This document shows positions 23,858-33,103 of a stretch of 41,293 nucleotides of DNA, piece after piece (the stretch's first letter is position 1; each line of letters begins with the position of its first letter). The DNA is taken from contig CAYRHZ010000002.1 in the NCBI GenBank assembly GCA_964424295.1, positions 1-41,293 on the forward strand, in the 5' to 3' direction. Both the position numbers and the translations under genes were made by a program. Origin of the DNA: an uncultured Candidatus Saccharibacteria bacterium. Its GTDB lineage: Bacteria > Patescibacteriota > Minisyncoccia > Phycocordibacterales > DATDWN01. The notes under the pieces are model-generated. The model saw only the letters and a program-made list of their open reading frames with translations. It did not search any database and was not told the DNA's origin.

Positions 23858-23973
23858 GAGAGGAATTTTCTACCAAGAAAATATCCGTGCTCTAAAAACA
23901 AACAATCGAGAGGGTTTTTATACACAGTTTAAATAGTTTTTTATACTTGTATGTACTATAATTTGTAAATATT

Positions 23974-24576
23974 ATGGAACCAAAGTTTCAAACTTCTTTT
24001 ATACCTAAAAAACAAATTGGCGGAGACTCTGATAGGGTTACCGTAAAAGAGGGTGTAAATATATTTTCTTTAGCATCTACTATTATTGGCTTGTTTACGG
24101 CGCTACTTTTTGGGGGTTTGTACGGTTACAATACTCTGCTTTTGAAGCAGATTGTTCAGGCAGATCAGGACGTTAACTCGGCCAGAGAAGCTATCCAGCC
24201 AGAAGAGATTAAAAAACTCCTAGACGACAACTCTAGAATAACAGCTTCAATAGGCTTACTTGAAAACCACTTGGCCACATCCAATCTACTTTACCTTTTG
24301 GGCGACACCGCTGTTAAAAAACTAAGATTTAACGATTTTTCTTATATCAATAAAAACGGTTCTCCTTCCATAACCATTGGTGGTGAAGTTCAAACATTTA
24401 ATGCGCTTGCTAGCCAACAAGAGGCACTTGCTTCAAATGAACTTATAAAAAACTTGCATTTCGGTGATTTAACTCTTGGAGATCTTGGAAGTGTTAAATT
24501 TAAATTCTCTGCAAGATTAGATCCGAGTCTGGTTTCGTACAAGAAGGTAATTGAAAATAATAATTTGGAACAATAA
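23974..24576 (+). CDS. PilN-like bitopic pilus assembly protein
   Basis: Single TM (IFSLASTIIGLFTALLFGGLYGY) then a coiled/periplasmic domain. Position after pilM. Family assignment rests on context. Confidence 0.7.
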   Translation: MEPKFQTSFIPKKQIGGDSDRVTVKEGVNIFSLASTIIGLFTALLFGGLYGYNTLLLKQIVQADQDVNSAREAIQPEEIKKLLDDNSRITASIGLLENHLATSNLLYLLGDTAVKKLRFNDFSYINKNGSPSITIGGEVQTFNALASQQEALASNELIKNLHFGDLTLGDLGSVKFKFSARLDPSLVSYKKVIENNNLEQ

Positions 24577-24577
24577 C

Positions 24578-25129
24578 ATGAAGTCACTAGCACCATTACT
24601 TGTAATAGCACTTTGTATCGGAGCATATTTCGTGTATATAAAGCCATTAGCTGTAGAGGTTAAGATAAATACAATAAAAAAAGCTCAGTATACTGATGTT
24701 CTGAATAGAGTTAAGGAGATCAAACAAAAAAGGGAAGAGGTTCTGGCAGACTATAATAGTATTTCAGAAGAGGACGTTAGTAGACTAAAGAAAATTATTC
24801 CTGAAACATTAAATCCTGTGGTTCTCTCAAACGACTTGAGCAAATTAGCTTCAGATAACCAGGTTACACTAAAGGAATTTAAGGTCAGTGATACAAGTGC
24901 AGATGCTGGTGCTGTTGCTGAAGTGACAGAGTCAATTTACAAGAAAACTACAATAAACATGACCTTTTCTGGTCAGTATGAAAATTTTGTAAGATTTCTA
25001 ACGGATGTAGAGTCTGGTTTAAGTTTGATAGATATAGTTAGTTTGAACATAAAATCTGTAGATTCATCATCGGGCAGACAAATGCCGATGGATTATGTAT
25101 TGGAAGTTAATACTTATTCTTTAAGATAA
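24578..25129 (+). CDS. PilO-like bitopic pilus assembly protein
   Basis: ATG 24578 lies 1 nt after the upstream stop; the tracked ORF starts at TTG 24551. N-terminal TM plus coiled coil. Assignment rests on context. Confidence 0.7.
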   Translation: MKSLAPLLVIALCIGAYFVYIKPLAVEVKINTIKKAQYTDVLNRVKEIKQKREEVLADYNSISEEDVSRLKKIIPETLNPVVLSNDLSKLASDNQVTLKEFKVSDTSADAGAVAEVTESIYKKTTINMTFSGQYENFVRFLTDVESGLSLIDIVSLNIKSVDSSSGRQMPMDYVLEVNTYSLR

Positions 25130-25135
25130 GACAAC

Positions 25136-25480
25136 ATGAACGTAACACCATCTACACAAAAAATTATAGTTTCTCTCGCGATATTTTTACTGCTTGGTTA
25201 TGTGGTCTACTCCACACTCAATGTTGATGTTAGTGGGACTGTTAGTTTAGACGGTCAAACAATTGAAGCTCCGGTGGGACAAGACATACTTATCCTTTCT
25301 GATAAATTGGAATCAGTTAACATAAACAAAGAGATTTTTTCTTCAGAAGTTTTTAAAAGTCTGGTAGACATATCTGTTGAAGTTTCTCCCGAGACGCAGG
25401 GAAGAGTTAATCCTTTTGCGCAAATTGGAACTGACGGCTCTACTTTAGGCACAAATTTGTCTACGACAACGAGAAGATAA
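25136..25480 (+). CDS. small membrane-anchored protein in the PilP position
   Basis: N-terminal TM IIVSLAIFLLLGYVVYS. Tightly packed between the PilO-like gene and pilB. Confidence 0.65.
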   Translation: MNVTPSTQKIIVSLAIFLLLGYVVYSTLNVDVSGTVSLDGQTIEAPVGQDILILSDKLESVNINKEIFSSEVFKSLVDISVEVSPETQGRVNPFAQIGTDGSTLGTNLSTTTRR

Positions 25481-25493
25481 ACATATTTAAATC

Positions 25494-27218
25494 ATGGATA
25501 TTATTCAAATACTGGTACAGAAAGGACTACTAGATAAAAAGGATGTCGACTCCATAAAAGAAGAGGCCGTTTCCTCTGGTCTAACAATAGAACAGGCTTT
25601 AATAAAAAGGGGTATACCTCCGCAAGATATTTTAATTGCAAAAGGAGAGTATTTTGATATACCGACAAAAAGCTTAGGTGAAATTGCTATAACGGAAAAA
25701 ATTTTAAGATATATTCCAGAAGATTCTGCTTCTCATTATCATTTGGTACCTGTTGCTGTTTCAAAAGGTGTGTTGGAGGTTGGGATGGTTAACCCAGACG
25801 ACATAGAGGCGAGAGATGCTCTTAATTTCATATCTTCAAAAACAGGCATGCCGTTTAAAATATTCCTGATTACAGAGTCTGATTTTGAAAAGGTTTTTGC
25901 TCAGTATAAGGGTTTTACCGCAGAAGTTTCAAAATCGTTGTCAGAACTAGAGAACGAATTAAAAATGGAGACAAGCATGGCAGAGGAGAGAGTTAAGGCC
26001 GAGAATGCAGATACAACAGCACAGGATACACAGCTAGCAGAAGATGCTCCTGTGACAAAGATTGTGGCGACGATTCTTCGGTATGCAACTGACGGTAATG
26101 CTTCTGACGTTCACATTGAACCGTGGAGAGAAAATGTAAAGGTTAGATTTCGAGTCGACGGAACAATGAATACCAGCTTAATGCTTCCTATAAAAGTGCA
26201 TCCTGCGGTTGTGGCTCGTATAAAGATATTGAGTGAAATGAGGCTTGATGAAAAAAGAAAACCGCAAGACGGTCGTTTCACCACCAGAATTGATGATAGA
26301 AAAATCGATTTTCGTGTATCTACCTTTCCTACATACTTTGGAGAGAAAGTGGTGATGAGACTTCTTGATCAAGAGAAAGGTGTTAAGGGGCTAGACAAGC
26401 TGGGCTTGAGTGAAAGAAACTTGGGAATGATAAGGTCAGCTATAAAAAAGCCTTTCGGACTTATTTTGATATCAGGACCGACCGGTTCAGGAAAAACAAC
26501 AACACTTTATTCGATGCTAAACGAGCTAGATAGAGAACATCAAAACGTACTCTCTCTTGAAGATCCTATCGAATATAACATCGAGGGTATTTCACAGTCT
26601 CAGGTTCAAGCTGAAATCGGTTATACATTTGCGACTGGTCTTCGTACTACACTCCGTCAGGACCCAGACATAATCATGGTGGGAGAAATTCGAGATAAAG
26701 AAACAGCACAGCTTGCAATTCAAGCTGCTCTTACAGGACACTTGGTGCTTTCCACTATCCACACCAACACAGCAACCGGAGTTATACCTAGGCTTATAGA
26801 CATGGGTGTGGACCCTTATCTTATCGCGCCCACTCTTATTTTGGCGATTGCTCAAAGACTCACATCAGCAGCTTGTCCTGGTTCAGGACAGCCTGAGAAA
26901 GTAGTGGGAAGTTTGAAAGCTATGATCGACAAACAGTTTAGTGATTTACCTGAAAAATATTTATCTGAAATAGGACTTAAGGATGAGGTTTATAAACTCG
27001 GAACAAGTGCTGATTGTCCAAACGGCATAAGGGGTAGAATCGCGGTTATGGAGGTTTTTGAAATGGACAAGGATTTAGAGGGGGCAATATTGAAGGGAGC
27101 AAATGAGCTTGAAATATTTAAAATTGTAAGATCAAAAGGCATGATTTCAATGAAAGAAGACGCGATTGTAAAATCAATGAACCAACTTGTTCCATTTGAA
27201 GAAGTGAACATGTTATAA
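25494..27218 (+). CDS. pilB: type IV pilus assembly ATPase PilB (full length, with N-terminal GspE-N domain)
   Basis: Walker A GPTGSGKTTT, VLSTIHTN His box, 574 aa. Confidence 0.92.
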   Translation: MDIIQILVQKGLLDKKDVDSIKEEAVSSGLTIEQALIKRGIPPQDILIAKGEYFDIPTKSLGEIAITEKILRYIPEDSASHYHLVPVAVSKGVLEVGMVNPDDIEARDALNFISSKTGMPFKIFLITESDFEKVFAQYKGFTAEVSKSLSELENELKMETSMAEERVKAENADTTAQDTQLAEDAPVTKIVATILRYATDGNASDVHIEPWRENVKVRFRVDGTMNTSLMLPIKVHPAVVARIKILSEMRLDEKRKPQDGRFTTRIDDRKIDFRVSTFPTYFGEKVVMRLLDQEKGVKGLDKLGLSERNLGMIRSAIKKPFGLILISGPTGSGKTTTLYSMLNELDREHQNVLSLEDPIEYNIEGISQSQVQAEIGYTFATGLRTTLRQDPDIIMVGEIRDKETAQLAIQAALTGHLVLSTIHTNTATGVIPRLIDMGVDPYLIAPTLILAIAQRLTSAACPGSGQPEKVVGSLKAMIDKQFSDLPEKYLSEIGLKDEVYKLGTSADCPNGIRGRIAVMEVFEMDKDLEGAILKGANELEIFKIVRSKGMISMKEDAIVKSMNQLVPFEEVNML

Positions 27219-27238
27219 TGATAGTATAATTACATTCT

Positions 27239-27631
27239 ATGGAAGTAGAGAAAAAAAATATAAAAATACTTTTGGTTGATGATGACAGGTTTCTTCTCGA
27301 TATGTATCTTTTGAAGTTTAAAAAATCTGGTTTAGAGATAGATACTGCTTCGAACGGAACAACTGCACTAGAGAAAATAAAATCAGGAGTAGACTACAGT
27401 ATTATTCTAATGGATATAATTATGCCCGGAATGGACGGCCTCGAGCTTTTAAAGGCTATTAGAGATCAGAAGTTGCAACCAAAATCAGTTATAATTATGT
27501 TGACCAATCAGGCTGACGATGAAGATAAAGCAAAGGCATTGGGAGTAGACGGGTACATAATTAAAGCGACGACTATACCTTCTGAGGTTGTGGAGAAAGT
27601 TTTAACAATTTATAAAAATAAGAAAAAATAA
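27239..27631 (+). CDS. stand-alone response-regulator receiver (CheY-like)
   Basis: LLVDDD, the phospho-acceptor context IILMDIIMPGMDG, MLTN and YIIK motifs. No output domain. Confidence 0.9.
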   Translation: MEVEKKNIKILLVDDDRFLLDMYLLKFKKSGLEIDTASNGTTALEKIKSGVDYSIILMDIIMPGMDGLELLKAIRDQKLQPKSVIIMLTNQADDEDKAKALGVDGYIIKATTIPSEVVEKVLTIYKNKKK

Positions 27632-28699
27632 ATGTCTGCAGACTATAAAAAAGATTTTGAAGGATTGGTAGATGTCATGGTTAAAGATAGTGCTTCTGAC
27701 CTGCATCTCTCCGAAGGTAGAAAACCAATTATACGGTCATCTGGAGTTTTGATCCCACTTGAAAATTATCCAGCACTTTCACACGCAGACATAAAAGGTA
27801 TTTTAGACAGCTTACTTGATACAGTAAAGAGAGATGTATTTAGCTCAAAAAAGGAAGTAGATTTTTCATTTGAGAGTGATTCGGGTGTGAGATTTAGAGG
27901 CAATGCATTTTATAGATTTGGAAAAATAAGTATTGCCCTCCGACTTATTCCTAGTCAGATAAAAACTTTAAGTGAGTTGAGGATTCCTTCAATACTTGAA
28001 ACTTTCACTAGAAAAAAACAAGGATTCTTTTTGGTGGTGGGTCCAACAGGGCAGGGGAAAAGTACAACTTTGGCTTCAATGATAGAAATGATAAACCAGG
28101 AAAGACTGGCTCATATTATTACAATCGAAGACCCTGTCGAGTATGTTTTTGAATCAAAGCGATCAATCATTGATCAGAGAGAGGTAATGGAAGACACCCC
28201 AGATTTTCATACAGCCCTACAGGGAGCATTTAGACAAGATATAGACGTCCTAATGATTGGAGAAATGAGAACACCGGCAGATATTTCTGCGGCGGTTACC
28301 GCTGCTGAAACGGGACACTTGGTTTTTTCAACCCTACACACAAACAATGCCGCTCAAACTATTGACCGTATCATTGATTCTTTTGAGACTACCGCACAAA
28401 AACAGATCAGAACACAGTTGGCATCTAGTTTAATTGCCGTTTTCTCACAGAGACTCATCCCAACAGTTTCAAAGGGTCTAGTTCCAGCTGTTGAATTACT
28501 TATAAACAACACAGCCGTTGCAAACTTGATTAGAGAAGGAAGAATTCATGAAATAAATTCTGTAATTGAAACAAGTTCAGATCAAGGGATGATTGACCTT
28601 AACAGATATTTGAGTGATTTGGTTAGGGCAGGGGATATTTCAATTGAAAATGCTTATCTATACACGCAAAACTCAAAGGGTCTAGATAGAATGCTGTAA
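27632..28699 (+). CDS. pilT: twitching-motility retraction ATPase PilT
   Basis: 355 aa, Walker A GPTGQGKSTT, FSTLHTNNAAQTIDRI, AIRNLIREG-like AVANLIREG. Confidence 0.92.
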   Translation: MSADYKKDFEGLVDVMVKDSASDLHLSEGRKPIIRSSGVLIPLENYPALSHADIKGILDSLLDTVKRDVFSSKKEVDFSFESDSGVRFRGNAFYRFGKISIALRLIPSQIKTLSELRIPSILETFTRKKQGFFLVVGPTGQGKSTTLASMIEMINQERLAHIITIEDPVEYVFESKRSIIDQREVMEDTPDFHTALQGAFRQDIDVLMIGEMRTPADISAAVTAAETGHLVFSTLHTNNAAQTIDRIIDSFETTAQKQIRTQLASSLIAVFSQRLIPTVSKGLVPAVELLINNTAVANLIREGRIHEINSVIETSSDQGMIDLNRYLSDLVRAGDISIENAYLYTQNSKGLDRML

Positions 28700-28731
28700 G
28701 TCTATCATCTAATTTCTAAATTCTATTCAAT

Positions 28732-29943
28732 ATGATATTTAAATATAAGGCAGTTACAAATACAGGGGAGGCAAGAGCTGGCACTATTGAGGCTTTTAAT
28801 GTTGATATTGCCATAAACCAACTTCAAAAGAATGGGTTGCTTATTTCTCAGATAACCTCAGCAGATGACGCTGGTAATAAATTTACGGTACCTCTACTTT
28901 CTTTTTTTAATGGAATTTCAAACAAGGATATAGTTATTTTGTCTCGCCAAATAGCCACACTTTTCCAAGCCCAAGTTTCTGCTCTTAGAATTTTTAGACT
29001 ATTGAGCGAACAGGTTGAAAATGCAACTTTAAAAAAGTATCTCATCACAATATCAGAGGATATTCAGGGAGGAAGCTCTATATCAAACGCCATTGAAAAA
29101 TACCCATCAGCCTTTTCTGGTTTCTATGTAAACATGGTTAAGTCTGGAGAAGAGTCCGGAAAACTAGATGAAATATTCAACTACCTGGCTGATTATATGG
29201 ATAGAACTTACGAAGTTACATCCAAAGCAAAAAATGCCTTGATATATCCTGCTTTCATTATCCTAACCTTTGTCGGTGTTATGGGCCTCATGTTTACCGT
29301 TATTATCCCAAAAATAGCACTTATGATAACTGACTCAGGTCAGCCCATACCTTTTTACACTCAGGTGGTGCTTTGGATAAGTAATATATTGGTTAACCAC
29401 ATAATACTAATCCTGATAGCTATAGTGGTTATTTGTTATTTAGTTTACACATATATAAAAACAGAAGAGGGGGCTCAGTATTTGGATAGGCTTAAACTAG
29501 AAGTCCCATACTTAGGCAGTTTGTATAGGAAACTATATCTTTCCAGAATTTCAGATAACCTAAATACCATGATTATCAGTGGTATACCAATATTGAAAGC
29601 TTTGGAAATAACCGCTGCGGTTGTAGATAATAAAATCTATCAGGGTATCTTAACAGATGCGTTAAAGAGGGTTAAAGAGGGAACTCCACTTTCTGATGCG
29701 TTTTCAGAGCATAAAGAAATACCGGTTTTGCTTACCCAAATGATAAAAGTTGGTGAAGAAACGGGGGAGCTAGGTAAAATCCTTAAATCTCTATCGAACT
29801 TCTACCAGAGAGAGGTTACTTCTGCCGTAGATACTTTGGTGGGTCTTATTGAGCCTATTATGATCGTGGGTCTTGGATTGGGAGTGGGATTTTTGTTGGC
29901 GGCTGTGCTAATGCCTATTTACAACATCGCTTCCGCTACGTAA
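28732..29943 (+). CDS. pilC: type IV pilus platform protein PilC
   Basis: 403 aa with duplicated GspF domains, e.g. MVKSGEESGKLDEIF and MIKVGEETGELGKIL. Confidence 0.92.
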   Translation: MIFKYKAVTNTGEARAGTIEAFNVDIAINQLQKNGLLISQITSADDAGNKFTVPLLSFFNGISNKDIVILSRQIATLFQAQVSALRIFRLLSEQVENATLKKYLITISEDIQGGSSISNAIEKYPSAFSGFYVNMVKSGEESGKLDEIFNYLADYMDRTYEVTSKAKNALIYPAFIILTFVGVMGLMFTVIIPKIALMITDSGQPIPFYTQVVLWISNILVNHIILILIAIVVICYLVYTYIKTEEGAQYLDRLKLEVPYLGSLYRKLYLSRISDNLNTMIISGIPILKALEITAAVVDNKIYQGILTDALKRVKEGTPLSDAFSEHKEIPVLLTQMIKVGEETGELGKILKSLSNFYQREVTSAVDTLVGLIEPIMIVGLGLGVGFLLAAVLMPIYNIASAT

Positions 29944-30010
29944 TTTCTGGTCTTTTTACTCAATCTCATCTTCTAAAATTTGAAAAACATCTTCACCGTA
30001 CTAGGTTGTA

Positions 30011-30088
30011 AACCTTACAGGTTCGGTAAACTTTTCGCATTCTGATTACAGGACGCTCAAAGTCTTGCGAAATGATACCCATCATTTC
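30011..30088. repeat. hairpin-rich non-coding element, copy 1 (shared blocks with 41061-41165)
   Basis: The blocks aaccttacaggttc, cattctga and cgaaatgat-accc-atcatttctc occur in the same order as in the copy near tRNA-Asp. Confidence 0.7.
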
Positions 30089-30238
30089 TCACCTCCTCGT
30101 ATTTTCAAATTCTCAACGTCGGATTTCATCCAGATTTGGAGGTTTTATGCAATTAGTTTCAGCGATTACTCGAGGATTAAGGGTTTTCAGAGTCCCACGG
30201 AGACAATTAGTGATTGACGACGAAGATTGAATAAGCAC

Positions 30239-30400
30239 GAAGCACTGTTTGAGCACTTGTAATCAAGGCGAGTCTGCGAGTGAGAAGTGATGTTATCACT
30301 TCGCAAGACCTTGAACGTTTTGTACACAAAATGTGAAAGGTGTACTGTTCCTGTAAGGAAGGCTCTGGAGTAAGGAAGATTGTTTTCTTGATTTCCGAGC
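30239..30400. repeat. conserved non-coding bipartite motif, copy B (with about 90-nt insertion between the halves)
   Basis: 30239-30279 and 30373-30400 match copy A. The insertion carries the hairpin gaagtgat-gtt-atcacttc. Confidence 0.8.
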
Positions 30401-30473
30401 ATAGCAAAACCCCTACTAGGGTTTATGCGTGTCTTTAAAACTTATGATTTGAAGCCCTTATCCACAGGGGTAC

Positions 30474-30502
30474 TTTTATTACTAGAAACAGGGACGTATA
30501 AT
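30474..30502 (+). promoter_or_regulatory. candidate pilin promoter (TTTTAT, 17-nt spacer, TATAAT) with about 105-nt leader
   Basis: TATAAT at 30497-30502. The leader contains the small hairpins cgttt-agaaa-aaacg and ctctc-aagg-gagag. Confidence 0.4.
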
Positions 30503-30608
30503 ATAGTTATTCGTTTAGAAAAAACGGTAGACTCTCAAGGGAGAGGAGCGGTCGAGTGGTAAAATTAGAATTATTTATAAGAAAAAGTTAATAATTTAAA
30601 AATTAATT

Positions 30609-31055
30609 ATGTCAAAAAGATTTTCAAAAGGTTTTACACTTATTGAGTTGTTGGTTGTTATTGCAATTATCGGTATCTTGTCATCAGTAGTTTTGGCTTC
30701 ACTTAACACAGCAAGAACAAAAGGTGCTGATGCTGCAGTAAAAGCAAACCTTTCAGGTATCCGAGCTCAAGCAGAATTATTCTATGATACAGGAAGTACA
30801 TACGTTGGAGCTTGTGCAGTTGGAGCAGGAACACTTAACGCAGGAGTTCTAGCAGCAGTTGCAGCAACAAACCCTACAGGAACAGTTGCGATAAACGCAA
30901 TCCAAACTACAGGAAACGGATCTTGTAATGCAGCTCTAGGAACTTGGACAGCTCAAGCACCTCTAAAGAGTTCAGGTCACTGGTGTGTAGATAGTGCAGG
31001 TAACTCAAGAGCTAATGCTTCATTGCTAGCAGCTAACGCTACTGTTTGCCCTTAG
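30609..31055 (+). CDS. pilA: type IV major pilin
   Basis: SKGFTLIELLVVIAIIGILSSVVLASLNTAR class III signal. C-terminal Cys pair (CVDS...TVCP). Confidence 0.9.
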   Translation: MSKRFSKGFTLIELLVVIAIIGILSSVVLASLNTARTKGADAAVKANLSGIRAQAELFYDTGSTYVGACAVGAGTLNAGVLAAVAATNPTGTVAINAIQTTGNGSCNAALGTWTAQAPLKSSGHWCVDSAGNSRANASLLAANATVCP

Positions 31056-31076
31056 TCTTACTTAGTTTATGTTTTA

Positions 31077-31107
31077 ACAAAAAAGCCGGCTATGCCGGTT
31101 TTTTTGT
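31077..31107 (+). terminator. rho-independent terminator after the first pilin
   Basis: aaaaaagccggc-tat-gccggttttttt. Confidence 0.75.
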
Positions 31108-31177
31108 TGATAAGTGGTTTGTTCCTTGTCTTTAAACAATGCTAGAATGAGGTAACAAGTAACTTATTTAATATAAA

Positions 31178-31600
31178 ATGTTAAAAACAAAAAATTCTGG
31201 TTTCACCCTTATTGAGCTACTGGTTGTAATAGGAATAATAGGAATTCTGTCTTCTGTTATACTTGCGCAACTAAACACTTCTAGAAACAAGGGAACAGAT
31301 GCTTCGATAAAGAGTACTATGAACAATGCCTCGGGTGCTGCTCAGATTTATTACGATATTCACAATAATAGTAACTGGAACTTAGTTTGTACGGCGGCAA
31401 ACGGTTTGGGCCCAATAATGACAAGACTTGCCGAGATTGCTAACGGAGGTGTTGCTGCATGTAGTGGTTCTGCTCAAAACGGATGGAGAGCTCATGCTCA
31501 ACTCAAGTATCAAACTGGCTACTGGTGTGCTGACTACACTGGAACAAAAAAGCTTTGCACCAACGTACCTTCAGGATTTACTTGTGCACCAGGTTGTTAA
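31178..31600 (+). CDS. type IV pilin paralog
   Basis: NSGFTLIELLVVIGIIGILSSVILAQLNTSR. Cys-rich C-terminus. Confidence 0.9.
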   Translation: MLKTKNSGFTLIELLVVIGIIGILSSVILAQLNTSRNKGTDASIKSTMNNASGAAQIYYDIHNNSNWNLVCTAANGLGPIMTRLAEIANGGVAACSGSAQNGWRAHAQLKYQTGYWCADYTGTKKLCTNVPSGFTCAPGC

Positions 31601-31654
31601 CACTTTTTATTGTTATTTTAAAGTTTTTGTTTTTTTGGGTGCTATAATATATTT

Positions 31655-32500
31655 ATGGATTTGTTATTTATACTATCCGCTTTTGTACTAGGAACTCTTG
31701 TAGGTAGCTTTGTGAATGTCATAAGTCTGAGGTATGGCACAGGACTGTCTCCCACAGTAGGGAGGTCTCAATGTTTTAGTTGTAGTACACAACTAAAATG
31801 GTTTGAACTTATTCCTGTTGTTAGTTTCATCTTTTTAAGAGGGGAATGTAGGACATGTAAGGCCAAAATATCGTATCAGTATCCTCTGGTCGAGTTTGTT
31901 CTGGGTGTAGTTTTTATTGGAATAATTTTGAGACAAATAAGCCTTTGGCCTATATATAGCTCTTTTGATAATGGTTTGTTGTATTCGTCACTACTAGCAA
32001 TTTATTACTTTATTATTTTCAGTATTTTGTTTGTGATAATGATTTATGATTTTCATCATAAAATTATCCCTAATTTTTTTGTGTATCTCTTTATTTTCCT
32101 AAGTTCCGTAAAGTTGTTATTCTTTATTTATTTAAAGTATCCAGGCATTACACACATGGATTTGTTTGATCTATCTGCCCCCCTTGTTCTTTTTATAGCT
32201 TTTGGTCTGTTGTGGCTAGTCTCAGGAGGTAGGTGGATAGGTTTTGGTGATGTGAAGTTGGTTTTTGGGATAGGGGCTCTTTTGGGTTTTGTCTACGGTG
32301 TAGGGGCAGTTGTTCTCGGTTTCTGGATAGGCGCTTTGTGGAGCATATTTATCTTACTTAGACAGAAACTGTTTAACACAGGCGAAAACTTTGGGATGAA
32401 ATCAGAATTGCCGTTTGCACCTTTTTTGATTGTAGGAACAATTTTGGTATTTCTACTTAGAATGGATGTAATGAATCTATCAGGTTTCTTTGGAATATAA
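31655..32500 (+). CDS. pilD: prepilin peptidase / N-methyltransferase (A24 family)
   Basis: N-terminal CFSC...CRTC zinc motif. Polytopic, with the conserved FGDVKL aspartate context. Confidence 0.9.
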   Translation: MDLLFILSAFVLGTLVGSFVNVISLRYGTGLSPTVGRSQCFSCSTQLKWFELIPVVSFIFLRGECRTCKAKISYQYPLVEFVLGVVFIGIILRQISLWPIYSSFDNGLLYSSLLAIYYFIIFSILFVIMIYDFHHKIIPNFFVYLFIFLSSVKLLFFIYLKYPGITHMDLFDLSAPLVLFIAFGLLWLVSGGRWIGFGDVKLVFGIGALLGFVYGVGAVVLGFWIGALWSIFILLRQKLFNTGENFGMKSELPFAPFLIVGTILVFLLRMDVMNLSGFFGI

Positions 32501-32510
32501 TTAATTAAAA

Positions 32511-33095
32511 ATGCGAAATTGCAAAAAAGGTTTTACTCTTATTGAATTACTAGTTTCTGTTTCAATAATCGGAATTATTTTGACGGTAGTACTTTGGAAT
32601 TTTGGAGGATTTAATGAAAAATTGGCACTATCTTCTGCGGCACAAGAGATGGCACTTTCTATTAGGCAGACTCAAACCTATGGCATAAATGTTAGGGAGT
32701 CGGCAGTAAGTACAAATCAATTTAGTAATGCATACGGAATCTATATAAGTTCACTTACTCCATCTAGTTACGTGGTTTATGTAGATAGTAACGGCAACAA
32801 CACATATAACGCTGGCACAGATGTTTTGGTAGAGACTGTTAGTCTTCGAAACGGCATGACGATTTCAGGAGTTTGTAATAACGGAACCTCGGGGTGCACC
32901 ACTCCTTCAGGTGGGGTTGGTGCCAATATTACTTTTCTTAGACCAAATCCAGACGCTAGAATATATTTTACAAACAACTTAGGGGTAAACATAGCGGGTG
33001 GGCCTGTAGCCCTTGGAAAAATTCAACTCCGGTCTCCAAAGGGGACATTTGTTTATGTTATAATCGAAAGCACAGGACAAATAACCTTACAGTAG
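32511..33095 (+). CDS. minor pilin (GspH/FimT-like)
   Basis: KKGFTLIELLVSVSIIGIILTV prepilin signal. Confidence 0.85.
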   Translation: MRNCKKGFTLIELLVSVSIIGIILTVVLWNFGGFNEKLALSSAAQEMALSIRQTQTYGINVRESAVSTNQFSNAYGIYISSLTPSSYVVYVDSNGNNTYNAGTDVLVETVSLRNGMTISGVCNNGTSGCTTPSGGVGANITFLRPNPDARIYFTNNLGVNIAGGPVALGKIQLRSPKGTFVYVIIESTGQITLQ

Positions 33096-33103
33096 TTAAT
33101 AAA

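Noticed and set aside
30187-30407. Minus-strand ORFs 30187..30402 and 30207..30407 (71 and 66 aa).
   Set aside because: They overlap each other in two frames, lack start signals, and the homologous block at 23775-23857 has stops in the corresponding frames.
29944-30608. tmRNA or SRP RNA in the long pilC-pilA gap (tctggatgaaatccgacg on the minus strand; ggaaggctctgg on the plus strand).
   Set aside because: There are only short loose resemblances. No acceptor or T-arm, and no conserved SRP GGAA/AGCA loop context, could be built by hand.
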